NCBI RefSeq assembly: GCF_009914755.1
Contig: NC_060929.1
Source: the human T2T-CHM13v2.0 reference genome, Homo sapiens
Direction: 5' to 3' (one strand)
Length of the DNA: 64,000 bases
Shown here: positions 39,101 to 52,300 of the stretch, one piece after another
Numbering within the stretch: position 1 is the stretch's first letter
Layout: the number at the start of each line of letters is the position of its first letter
The notes under the pieces: generated by a model
What the model was told of the DNA's origin: nothing
The model's database searches: none
The model's input: only the letters and a program-made list of their open reading frames with translations
Translations under genes and position numbers: made by a program

Positions 39101-40456
39101 GGACATTTCTTCGTATAAAAACTTGACAGAATGATTCTCAGAAACTGCTTTGTGATGTATGCGTTCAATTCAAAGAGTTCTACCTTTCTTTTCATAGAGC
39201 ACTTAGGAAACACTCTGTTTGTAAAGACTGCAAGTGGATATTCGGACCTCTATGAGGCCTTCTTTGGAAAAGGGATTTCTTCATATAATGCTAGACAGAG
39301 GAATTCTTCGTAACTTCTTTGTATTGTGTGTATTCAACTCACAGAGTTGAACCTTCTTTTAGATAGAGCAGATTTGAAACACACTTTCTGTGGAATTTCC
39401 AATTGGAGATTTCAAGCGCTTCGGGGCCAATGGTAGAAAAGGAAAAATCTTCACAAATAAACTAGACAAAATCATTCCCAGAAACTGTGTAGTGATGTGT
39501 ATGTTTAACTCACAGAGTTTATCCTTTCTTTTCATAGAGCAGTTGGGAAACACTCTGTTTGAAAAGTCTGCATGTGGATATTTGGACCGCCATGAGGCGT
39601 TCTTTGGAAATGGTATTTCTTCATTTAAGGCTACACAGAAGAAGTCTCAGTAACTTCCTTGTGTTGTGTGTATTCAGCTCACAGAGTTGAACCTTCTTTT
39701 AGATAGAGCAGATTTGAAAGACACTTTTTGGGGAATTTGCAAGTGGGGATTTCAAGCGCTTTGAGGCCAACGGTAGAAAAGGAAATATCTTCGAATAAAA
39801 AGTAGACAGAATCATTCCCAGAAACTGCGTTTTGATGTGTGCGTTCACCTAACAGAGTTTAACCTTCCTTTTCATAGAGCAGTTGGGAAACGCTATGTTT
39901 GTAAAGTCTGCAAGTGGATATTGGGAACTCTTTGAGGCCTTCATTGGGAATGGGGTTTCTTCATATAATGCTAGACAGAAGATTTCCCAGTAACTTCTTC
40001 CTGTTGTGTGTATTCAACTGACAACAGATGAACCTTCCTTTAGAGAGAGCAGATTTGAAACACTCTTTTTGTGGAAGTTGCAAGTGGAGATTTCAGCCGC
40101 TTTAACGTCAATGGTAGAAAAGGAAATATCTTCGCATAAAAACAAGACAGAATCATTTTCAGAAACTGCTTTGTGATGTGTGCATTCAACTCACAGAGTT
40201 TAACCTTTGTTTTCATAGAGCCGTTTGGAAACACACAGTTTGTCAAATCTGTAAGTCGATATTCGGACCTATTTGAGGCCTTCGTTGGAAACGGGATTTC
40301 TTCATATAATGCTAGAAAGAAGAATTCTCAGTAACTTCCTTGTGTTCTGTGTAATCAACTCACAGAATAGAACGTTCCTTTAGATAGAGCAGATTTGAAA
40401 CACTCTTTTTGTGGAAGTTGCACGTGGAGATTTCAAGCGCTTTGTGGCCAGTGGTA

Positions 40457-42835
40457 GAAAATGAAATATCTTCGTATAAAAAGTACACAGAATCATTCTC
40501 AGAAACTACTTTCTGATGTGTGCGTTCAACTCTCGGAGTTTAAACTTTCTTTTCATAGAGCAGTTTGGAAACAGTGTGTTTGTAAAGTCTGCAAGTGGAT
40601 ATTCAGACCTCTTTGGCGCCTTATTTTGAAACGGGGTTTCTCCATATAATGCTAGACAGAAGAATTCTCAGTAACTTGTTTGTGTTGTGTGTGTTCAACT
40701 CACAGAGTTGAACCTTCCTTTAGACAGAGCAGATTTGAAACACTCTTTTTGTGGAATTTGCAAGTGGAGATTTCAAGCGCTTTGAGGCCAAAGGCAGAAA
40801 AGGAAATATCTTCGTATAAAAACTAGATAGATCATTCTCAGAAACTGCTTTGTGATGTGTGCGTTCAACTCACAGAGTTTCACTTATCTTTTCGTACAGC
40901 AGTTTGGAAACACTCTGTTTGTAATGTCTGCAAGTGGATATTTTGACCTCTTTGAGGTCTTCGTTGGAAACGGGTTTTATTCATGTAAGGCTAGACAGAA
41001 GAATTCTCAGTAACTTCTTTGTATTGTGTGTATTCCACTGACAGAGTTGACCCTTCCTTTAGACAGAGCACATTTGAACCACTCTTTTTGTGGAATTTGC
41101 AAGTGGAGATTTCAGACGCATTGAGGTCAATGGTAGAAAAGGAAATATCTTCGTATAAAAACTAGACAGAATGATTCTCAGAACCTGCTTCGTGATGTGT
41201 GTGTTCAGTTCAAAGAGTTTTACCTTTCTTTTCATAGAGCAGTTAGGAAACACTCTGTTTGAACAGTCTGAAAGTGGATATTCCGATCTCTTTGAGGCCT
41301 TCGTTGGAAAAGGGATTTCTTCATATAATGCTAGACAGAGGAATTCTCAGTAACTTCTCTGTGTTGTGTGTATTCAAATCACAGAGTTGAACGTTCCTTT
41401 AGACAGAGCAGACTTGAAACACTCTTTTTGTGGAATTTGCAATAGGAAATTTCAAGCGCTTTGAGGCCAAAGGCAGAAGAGGAAATATCTTCGTATAAAA
41501 ACAAGTCAGAATCATTCTCAGAAACTGCTTAATCATGTGTGCGTTCGACTCACGGAGTTTAACCTACCTTTTCATACAGCAGTTTGGAAACACTCTGTTT
41601 GTAAAGTCTGCACGTGGATATTTGGACATCTTTGAGGCCTTCGTTGGAAACGGGTTTATTCATGTAAGGCTAGACAGAAGATTTCTCAGTAACTTCTTTG
41701 TGTTGTGTGTATTCAACTGACAGAGTTGACCCTTCTTTTAGGTAGAGCAGATTTGAGACACTCTTTTTGTGGAATTTGCAAGTGGAGATTTCAGACGCTT
41801 TGAGGTCAATGGTAGAAAAGGACATTTCTTCGTATAAAAACTTGACAGAATGATTCTCAGAAACTGCTTTGTGATGTATGCGTTCAATTCAAATAGTTCT
41901 ACCTTTCTTTTCATAGAGCACTTAGGAAACACTCTGTTTGTAAAGACTGCAAGTGGATATTCGGACCTCTATGAGGCCTTCTTTGGAAAAGGGATTTCTT
42001 CATATAATGCAAGACAGAGGAATTCTTCGTAACTTCTTTGTATTGTGTGTATTCAACTCACAGAGTTGAACCTTCTTTTAGATAGAGCAGATTTGAAACA
42101 CACTTTTTGTGGAATTTCCAATTGGAGATTTCAAGCGCTTCGGGGCCAATGGTAGAAAAGGAAAAATCTTCACATAAAAACTAGACAAAATCATTCCCAG
42201 AAACTGTGTAGTGATGTGTATGTTTAACTCACAGAGTTTATCCTTTCTTTTCATAGAGCAGTTGGGAAACACTCAGTTTGAAAAGTCTGCATGTGGATAT
42301 TTGGACCGCCATGAGGCGTTCTTTGGAAATGGTATTTCTTCATTTAAGGCTACACAGAAGAATTCTCAGTAACTTCCTTGTGTTGTGTGTATTCAGCTCA
42401 CAGATTTGAACCTTCTTTTAGATAGAGCAGATTTGAAAGACACTTTTTGGGGAATTTGCGAGTGGGGATTTCAAGCGCTTTGAGGCCAACGGTAGAAAAG
42501 GAAATATCTTCGAATAAAAAGTAGACAGAATCATTCCCAGAAACTGCGTTTTGATGTGTGCATTCACCTAACAGAGTTAAACCTTCCTTTTCAAAGAGCT
42601 GTTGGGAAACGCTATATTTGTAAAGTCTGCAAGTGGATATTGGGAACTCTTTGTGGCCTTCATTGGGAATGGGGTTTCTTCATATAATGCTAGACAGAAG
42701 ATTTCCCAGTAACTTCCTCCTGTTGTGTGTATTCAACTGACAACAGATGAACCTTCCTTTAGAGAGAGCAGATTTGAAACACTCTTTTTGTGGAAGTTGC
42801 ACGTGGAGATTTCAAGCGCTTTGTGGCCAGAGGTA
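40457..42835 (+). repeat. Second 14-mer (2379 bp) HOR structural variant
   Basis: Same 340 bp deletion (hybrid at 42765-42801) plus a 1 bp deletion near 41655. Confidence 0.93.
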
Positions 42836-43338
42836 GAAAATGAAATATCTTCGTATAAAAAGTACACAGAATCATTCTCAGAAACTACTTTCTGATGTGT
42901 GCGTTCAACTCTCGGAGTTTAAACTTTCTTTTCATAGAGCAGTTTGGAAACAGTGTGTTTGTAAAGTCTGCAAGTGGATATTCGGACCTCTTTGGCGCCT
43001 TAATTTGAAACGGGGTTTCTCCATATAATGCTAGACAGAAGAATTCTCGGTAACTTGTTTGTGTTGTGTGTGTTCAACTCACAGAGTTGAACCTTCCTTT
43101 AGACAGAGCAGATTTGAAACACTCTTTTTGTGGAATTTGCAAGTGGAGATTTCAAGCGCTTTGAGGCCAAAGGCAGACAAGGAAATATCTTCGTATAAAA
43201 ACTAGACAGAATCATTCTCAGAAACTGCTCTGCGATGTGTGCGTTCAACTCTCAGAGTTTAACTTTTCTTTTCATTCAGCTGTTTGGAAACACTCTGTTT
43301 GTAAAGTCTGCACGTGGATATTTTGACCACTTAGAGGC

Positions 43339-46300
43339 CTTCGTTGGAAACGGGTTTTTTTCCTGTAAGGCTAGACAGAAGAATTCCCAGTAACTTCCTT
43401 GTGTTGTGTACATTCAACTCACAGAGTTGAACGTTCCCTTAGACAGAGCAGATTTGAAACACTCTTTTTGTGCACTTGGCAAGCGGAGATTTCAAGCGCT
43501 TTAAGGTCAATGGCAGAAAAGGAAATATCTTCGTTTCAAAACTAGACAGAATCATTCCCACAAACTGCGTTGTGACGTGTTCGTTCAACTCACAGAGTTT
43601 AACCTTTCTTTTCATAGAGCAGTTAAGAAACAGTCCGTTTGTAAATTCTGTAAGTGGATATTCTGACATCTTGTGGCCTTCGTTGGAAACGGGATTTCTT
43701 CATATTCTGCTAGACAGAAGAATTCTCAGAATCTTCCTTGTGTTGTGTGTATTCAACTCACAGTTGAACGATGGTTTACACAGAGCACATTTGAAACACT
43801 CTTTTTATGGAATTTGCAAGTGGAGATTTCAGCCGCTTTGAGGTCAATGGTAGAAAAGGAAATATCTTCGTATAAAAACTAGACAGAATGTTTCTCAGAA
43901 ACTTCTTTGTGATGTGTGCGTTCAACTCACAGAGTTTCACCTTTCTTTTCATAGAGCAGTTAGGAAACACTCTGTTTGTAAACTCTGCAAGTGGATATTC
44001 AGACCTCTTTGAGGCCTTCGTTGGTAACGGGATTTCTTCATACTGTGCTACACAGAAGAATTCTCAGTAACTTCCTTGTGTTGAGTGTATTAAACTCACA
44101 GAGTTCAATGATCCTTTACACAGAGCGGACTTGAAACACTCTTTTTCTGGAATTTGCAAGTGGAGATTTCAGCCGCGTTGAGGTCAATGGTAGAAAAGGG
44201 AAATATCTTCGTATAAAAACTAGACAGAATGATTCTCAGAAACTCCTTTGTGATGTGTGCGTTCAACTCACAGAGTTTAACCTTTCTTTTCATAGAGCAG
44301 TTAGGAAACACTCTGTTTGTAAAGTCTGCAAGTGGATATTCAGACCTCTTTGAGGCCTTCGTTGGAAACGGGATTTCTTCATACTGTGCTAGACAGAAGA
44401 ATTCTCAGTAACTTCCTTGTGTTGTGTGTATTCAACTCACAGAGTTGAACGATCCTTTACACAGAGCAGACTTGAAACACTCTTTTTGTGGAATTTGCAA
44501 CTGGAGATTTCAGCCGCGTTGAGGTCAATGGTAGAAAAGGAAATATCTTCGTATAAAAACTAGACAGAATGATTCTCAGAAACTCCTTTGTGATGTGTGT
44601 GTTCAACTCACAGAGTTTAACCTTACTTTTCATAGAGCAGTTAGGAAACACTCTGTTTGTAAAGTCTGCAAGTGGATATTCAGACCTCTTTGAGGCCTTC
44701 GTTGGAAACGGGTTTTTTTCATATAAGGCTAGACAGAAGAAATCCCAGTAACTTCCTTGTGTTGTGTGTGTTCAACTCACAGAGATGAACTCTCATTTAC
44801 ACAGAGCAGATTTGAAACTCTCTTTTTGTGGAATTTGCAAATGGAGATTTCAAGCGCTTTGAGGCCAAAGGCAGAAAAGGAAATATCTTCGTATAAAAAC
44901 TAGACAGAATCATTCTCAGAAACTGCTCTGCGATGTGTGCGTTCAACTCTCAGAGTTTAACTTTTCTTTTCATTCAGCAGTTTGGAAACACTCTGTTTGT
45001 AAAGTCTGCATGTGCGTAATTTGACCACTTAGAGGCCTTCGTTGGAAACAGGTTTTGTTCATGTAAGGCTAGACAGAAGAATTCTCAGTAACTTCCTTGT
45101 GTTGTGTGTATTCAACTCACAGAGTTGAACGATCCTTTACACAGAGCAGACTTGTAACACTCTTTTTGTGGAATTTGCAAGTGGAGATTTCAGCCGCTTT
45201 GAAGTCAAAGGTAGAAAAGGAAATATCTTCCTATAAAAACTAGACAGAATGATTCTCAGAAACTTCTTTGTGATGTGTGCGTTCAACTCACAGAGTTTAA
45301 CCTTTCTTTTCATAGAGCAGTTAGGAAACACTGTGTTTTTAAACTGTGCAAGTGGATATTCAGACCTCTTTGAGGCCTTCGTTGGAAACGGGATTTCTTC
45401 ATACTGTGCTAGACAGAAGAATTCTCAGTAACTTCCTTGTGTTGTGTGTATTCAACTCACAGAGTTGAACGATCCTTTACACAGAGCAGACTTGAAACAC
45501 CCTTTTTGTGGAATTTGCAAGTGGAGATTTCAGCCGCGTTGAGGTCAATGGTAGAAAAGGAAATATCTTCGTATAAAAACTGGACAGAATGATTCTCAGA
45601 AACTCCTTTGTGATGTGTGTGTTCAACTCACAGAGTTTAACCTTTCTTTTCATAGAGCAGTTAGGAAACACTCTGTTTGTAAAGTCTGCAAGTGGATATT
45701 CAGACCTCTTTGAGGCCTTCGTTGGAAACGGGATTTTTTCATATAAGGCTAGACAGAAGAATTCCCAGTAACTTCCTTGTGTTGTGTGTGTTCAACTCAC
45801 ACAGTTGAACTTTCATTTACACAGAGCAGATTTGAAACACTCTTTTTGTGGAATTTGAAAATGGAGATTTCAAGCGCTTTGAGGCCAAAGGCAGAAAAGG
45901 AAATATGTTCGTATAAAAACTAGACAGAATCATTCTCAGAAACTGCTCTGCGATGTGTGCGTTCAACTCTCAGAGTTTAACTTTTCTTTTCATTCAGCAG
46001 TTTGGAAACACTCTGTTTGTAAGGTCTGCAAGTGGATATTCAGACCTCTTTGTGGCCTTCTTTGGAAACGGGTTTTTTTCATATAAGGCTAGACAGAAGA
46101 ATTCCCAATAACTTCCTTGTGTTGTGTACATTCAACTCACAGAGTTGAACGTTCCCTTAGACAGAGCAGATTTGAAACACTCTTTTTGTGCAATTGGCAA
46201 GCGGAGATTTCAAGCGCTTTAAGGTCAATGGCAGAAAAGGAAATATCTTCGTTTCAAAACTAGACAGAATCATTCCCACAAACTGCGTTGTGATGTGTTC

Positions 46301-49300
46301 GTTCAACTCACAGAGTTTAACCTTTCTTTTCATAGAGCAGTTAGGAAACAGTCTGTTTGTAAATTCTGTAAGTGGATATTCTGACATCTTGTGGCCTTCG
46401 TTGGAAACGCGATTTCTTCATATTCTGCTAGACAGAAGAATTCTCAGAATCTTCCTTGTGTTGTGTGTATTCAACTCAAAGAGTTGAACGATCCTTTACA
46501 CAGAGCAGACTTGAAACTCTCTTTTTGTGGAATTTGCAAGTGGAGATTTCAGCCGCTTTGAGGTCCATGGTAGAAAAGGAAATATCTTCGTATAAAAACT
46601 AGACAGAATGATTCTCAGAAACTTCTTTGTGATGTGTGCGTTCAACTCACAGAGTTTAACCTTTCTTTTCATAGAGCAGTTAGGAAACACTCTGTTTGTA
46701 AACTCTGCAAGTGGATATTCAGACCTCTTTGAGGCCTTCGTTGGAAACGGGATTTCTTCATACTGTGCTAGACAGAAGAATTGTCAGTAACTTCCTTGTG
46801 TTGTGTGTATTCATCTCACAGAGTTGAACGATCCTTTACACAGAGCGGACTTGAAACACTCTTTTGATGGAATTTGCAAGTGGAGATTTCAGCCACGTTG
46901 AGGTCAATGGTAGAAAAGGAAATATCTTCGTATAAAAACTAGACAGAATGATTCTCAGAAACTCCTTTGTGATGTGTGTGTTCAACTCACAGAGTTTAAC
47001 CTTTCTTTTCATAGAGCAGTTAGGAAACACTCTGTTTGTAAAGTCTGCAAGTGGATAATCAGACCTCTTTGAGGCCTTCGTTGGAAACGGGTTTTTTTCA
47101 TATAAGGCTAGACAGAAGAATTCCCAGTAACTTCCTTGTGTTGTGTGAGTTCAACTCACAGAGTTGAACTTTCATTTACACAGAGCAGATTTGAAACACT
47201 CTTTTTGTGGAATTTGCAAGTGGAGATTTCAAGCGCTTTGACGCCAAAGGCAGAAAAGGAAATATCTTCGTATAAAAATTAGACAGAATCATTCTCAGAA
47301 ACTGCTCTGCGATGTGTGCGTTCAACTCTCAGAGTTTAACTTTTCTTTTCATTCAGCAGTTTGGAAACACTCTGTTTGTAAAGTCTGCACGTGGATATTT
47401 TGACCACTTAGAGGCCTTCGTTGGAAACGGGTTTTTTTCCTGTAAGGCTAGACAGAAGAATTCCCAGTAACTTCCTTGTGTTGTGTACATTCAACTCACA
47501 GAGTTGAACGTTCCCTTAGACAGAGCAGATTTGAAACACTCTTTTTGTGCAATTGGCAAGTGGAGATTTCAAGCGCTTTGAGGTCAATGGCAGAAAAGGA
47601 AATATCTTCGTTTCAAACTAGACAGAATCATTCCCACAAACTGCGTTGTCATGTGTTCGTTCAACTCACAGAGTTTAACCTTTCTTTTCATAGAGCAGTT
47701 AGGAAACAGTCTGTTTGTAAATTCTGTAAGTGGATATTCTGACATCTTGTGGCCTCCGTTGGTAACGGGATTTCTTCATATTCTGCTAGACAGAAGAATT
47801 CTCAGAATCTTCCTTGTGTTGTGTGTATTCAACTCACAGAGTTGAACGATGGTTTACACAGAGCAGATTTGAAACACTCTTTTGGTGGAATTTGCAAGTG
47901 GAGATTTCAGCCGCCTTGACGTCAATGGTAGAAAAGGAAATATCTTCGTATAAAAACTAGACAGAATGATTCTCAGAAACTTCTTTGTGATGTGTGCGTT
48001 CAACTCACAGAGTTTAACCTTTCTTTTCATAGAACAGTTAGGAAACACTCTGTTTGTAAACACTGCAAGTGGATATTCAGACCTCTTTGAGGCCTTCGTT
48101 GGAAACGGGATTTCTTCATACTATGCTAGACAGAAGAATTCTCAGTAACTTCCTTGTGTTGTGTGTATTCAACTCACAGAGTTGAACGATCCTTTACACA
48201 GAGCAGACTTGAAACACTCTTTTTGTGGAATTTGCAACTGGAGATTTCAGCCGCGTTGAGGTCAATGGTAGAAAAGGAAATATCTTCGTATAAAAACTGG
48301 ACAGAATGATTCTCAGAAACTCCTTTGTGATGTGTGTGTTCAACTCACAGAGTTTAACCTTTCTTTTCATAGAGCAGTTAGGAAACACTCTGTTTGTAAA
48401 GTCTGCAAGTGGATATTCAGACCTCTTTGAGGCCTTCGTTGGAAACGGGTTTTTTTCATATAAGGCTAGACAGAAGAATTCCCAGTAACTTCCTTGTGTT
48501 GTGTGTGTTCAACTCACAGAGTTGAACTTTCATTTACACAGAGCAGATTTGAAACACTCTTTTTGTGGAATTTGCAAGTGGAGATTTCAAGCGCTTTGAG
48601 GCCAAAGGCAGAAAAGGAAATATCTTCGTATAAAAACTAGACAGAATCATTCTCAGAAAGTGCTCTGCGATGTGTGCGTTCAACTCTCAGAGTTTAACTT
48701 TTCTTTTCATTCAGCAGTTTGGAAACACTCTGTTTGTAAAGTCTGCACGTGGATAATTTGACCACTTAGAGGCCTTCGTTGGAAACGGGTTTTTTTCATG
48801 TAAGGCTAGACAGAAGAATTCTCAGTAACTTCCTTGTGTTGTGTGTATTCAACTCACAGAGTTGAACGATCCTTTACACAGAGCAGACTTGTAACACTCT
48901 TTTTGTGGAATTTGCAAGTGGAGATTTCAGCCGCTTTGAAGTCAAAGGTAGAAAAGGAAATATCTTCCTATAAAAACTAGACAGAATGATTCTCAGAAAC
49001 TCCTTTGTGATGTGTGCGTTCAACTCACAGAGTTTAACCTTTCTTTTCATAGAGCAGTTAGGAAACACTCTGTTTGTAAAGTCTGCAAGTGGATATTCAG
49101 ACCTCTTTGAGGCCTTCGTTGGAAACGGGTTTTTTTCATATAAGGCTAGACAGAAGAATTCCCAGTAACTTCCTTTTGTTGTGTGTGTTCAACTCACAGA
49201 GTTGAACTTTCACTTACACAGAGCAGATTTGAAACACTCTTTTTGTGGAATTTGCAAGTGGAGATTTCAAGCGCTTTGAGGCCAAAGGCAGAAAAGGAAA

Positions 49301-52300
49301 TATCTTCGTATAAAAACTAGACAGAATCATTCTCAGAAACTGCTCTGCGATGTGTGCGTTCAACTCTCAGAGTTTAACTTTTCTTTTCATTCAGCAGTTT
49401 GGAAACACTCTGTTTGTAAAGTCTGCACGTGGATATTTTGACCACTTAGAGGCCTTCGTTGGAAACGGGTTTTTTTCCTGTAAGGCTAGACAGAAGAATT
49501 CCCAGTAACTTCCTTGTGTTGTGTACATTCAACTCACAGAGTTGAACGTTCCCTTAGACAGAGCAGATTTGAAACACTCTTTTTGTGCAATTGGCAAGTG
49601 GAGATTTCAAGCGCTTTGAGGTCAATGGCAGAAAAGGAAATATCTTCGTTTCAAAACTAGACAGAATCATTCCCACAAACTGCGTTGTGATGTGTTCGCT
49701 CAACTCACAGAGTTTAACCTTTCTTTTCATAGAGCAGTTAGGAAACAGTCTGTTTGTAAATTCTGTAAGTGGATATTCTGACATCTTGTGGCCTTCGTTG
49801 GAAACGGGATTTCTTCATATTCTGCTAGACAGAAGAATTCTCAGAATCTTCCTTGTGTTGTGTGTATTCAACTCACAGAGTTGAACGATGGTTTACACAG
49901 AGCAGATTTGAAACACTCTTTTTGTGGAATTTTCAAGTGGAGATTTCAGCCGCTTTGAGGTCAATGGTAGAAAAGGAAATATCTTCGTATAAAAACTAGA
50001 CAGAATGATTCTCAGAAACTTCTTTGTGATGTGTGCGTTCAACTCACAGAGTTTAACCTTTCTTTTCATAGAGCAGTTAGGAAACACTGTGTTTTTAAAC
50101 TGTGCAAGTGGATATTCAGACCTCTTTGAGGCCTTCGTTGGAAACGGTATTTCTTCATACTGTGCTAGACAGAAGAATTCTCAGTAACTTCCTTGTTTTG
50201 TGTGTATTCAACTCACAGAGTTGAACGATCCTTTACACCGAGCAGACTTGAATCACTCTTTTTGTGGAATTTGCAAGTGGAGATTTCAGCCGCGTTGAGG
50301 TCAATGGTAGAAAAGGAAATATCTTCGTATAAAAACTAGACAGAATGATTCTCAGAAACTCCTTTGTGATGTGTGTGTTCAACTCACAGAGTTTAACATT
50401 TCTTTTCATAGAGCAGTTAGGAAACACTCTGTTTGTAAAGTTTGCAAGTGGATATTCAGACCTCTTTGAGGCCTTCGTTGGAAACGGGTTTTTTTCATAT
50501 AAGGCTAGACAGAAGAATTCCCAGTAACTTCCTTGTGTTGTGTGTGTTCAACTCACAGAGTTGAACTTTCATTTACACAGAGCAGATTTGAAACTCTCTT
50601 TTTGTGGAATTTACAAATGGAGATTTCAAGCGCTTTGAGGCCAAAGGCAGAAAAGGAAATATCTTCGTATAAAAACTAGACAGAATCATTCTCAGAAACT
50701 GCTCTGCGATGTGTGCGTTCAACTCTCAGAGTTTAACTTTTCTTTTCATTCAGCAGTTTGGAAACACTCTGTTTGTAAAGTCTGCACGTGCATAATTTGA
50801 CCACTTAGAGGCCTTCGTTGGAAACAGGTTTTTTTCATGTAAGGCCAGACAGAAGAATTCTCAGTAACTTCCTTGTGTTGTGTCTATTCAACTCACACAG
50901 TTGAACGATCCTTTACACAGAGCAGACTTGTAACACTCTTTTTGTGGAATTTGCAAGTGGAGATTTCAGCCGCTTTGAAGTCAAAGGTAGAAAAGGAAAT
51001 ATCTTCCTATAAAAACTAGACAGAATGATTCTCAGAAACTCCTTTGTGATGTGTGCGTTCAACTCACAGAGTTTAACCTTTCTTTTCATTCACCAGTTTG
51101 GAAACACTCTGTTTGTAAAGTCTGCACGTGGATATTTTGACCACTTAGAGGCCTTCGTTGGAAACGGGTTTTTTTCCTGTAAGGCTAGACAGAAGAATTC
51201 CCAGTAACTTCCTTGTGTTGTGTACATTCAACTCACAGAGTTGAACGTTCCCTTAGACAGAGCAGATTTGAAACACTCTTTTTGTGCAATTGGCAAGTGG
51301 AGATTTCAAGCGCTTTGAGGTCAATGGCAGAAAAGGAAATATCTTCGTTTCAAAACTAGACAGAATCATTCCCACAAACTGCGTTGTGATGTGTTCGTTC
51401 AACTCACAGAGTTTAACCTTTCTTTTCATAGAGCAGTTAGGAAACAGTCTGTTTGTAAATTCTGTAAGTGGATATTCTGACATCTTGTGGCCTTCGTTGG
51501 AAACGGGATTTCTTCATATTCTGCTAGACAGAAGAATTCTCAGAATCTTCCTTGTGTTGTGTGTATTCAACTCACAGAGTTGAACGATGGTTTACACAGA
51601 GCAGATTTGAAACACTCTTTTGGTGGAATTTGCAAGTGGAGATTTCAGCCGCTTTGAGGTCAATGGTAGAAAAGGAAATATCTTCGTAAAAAACTAGACA
51701 GAATGATTCTCAGAAACTTCTTTGTGATGTGTGCGTTCAACTCATAGAGTTTAACCTTTCTTTTCATAGAGCAGTTAGGAAACACTCGGTTTGTAAACTC
51801 TGCAAGTGGATATTCAGACCTCTTTGAGGCCTTCGTTGGAAACGGGATTTCTTCATACTGTGCTAGACAGAAGAATTCTCAGTAACTTCCTTGTGTTGTG
51901 TGTATTCAACTCACAGAGTTGAACGATCCTTTACACAGAGCGGACTTGAAACACTCTTTTTGTGGAATTTGCAAGTGGAGATTTCAGCCGCGTTGAGGTC
52001 AATGGTAGAAAAGGAAATATCTTCGTATAAAAACTAGACAGAATGATTCTCAGAAACTCCTTTGTGATGTGTGTGTTCAACTCACAGAGTTTAACCTTTC
52101 TTTTCATAGAGCAGTTAGGAAACACTCTGTTTGTAAAGTCTGCAAGTGGATATTCAGACCTCTTTGAGGCCTTCGTTGGAAACGGGCTTTTTTCATATAA
52201 GGCTAGACAGAAGAATTCCCAGTAACTTCCTTGTGTTGTGTGTGTTCAACTCACAGAGTTGAACTTTCATTTACACAGAGCAGATTTGAAACACTCTTTT

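Larger units (their letters stand above)
1..43206 (+). repeat. 16-mer (2720 bp) alpha satellite HOR array, left block; possibly S1C5pH2
   Basis: The marker GAAAATGAAATATCTTCG recurs at 1, 2721, 5441, 8161, 10881, 13601, 16321, 19041, 21761, 24141, 26860, 29580, 32300, 35017, 37737, 40457 and 42836. That gives 14 16-mers, two 14-mers and a partial copy. The family name is recalled (an SF1 16-mer next to the chr1/5/19 family), not verified. Confidence 0.95.

Noticed and set aside
1-43206. Identification as D7Z2 or D17Z1 (also ~2.7 kb 16-mers)
   Set aside because: D17Z1 is pentameric SF3 and D7Z2 is not a regular J1/J2 dimer array. This HOR shows strict 340 bp SF1 dimer structure.
43381-46098. 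First island unit is 2718 bp, nearly the host HOR length
   Set aside because: Any 8-dimer variant has this length. It is a single occurrence among units of 8-16 monomers and is likely a coincidence.
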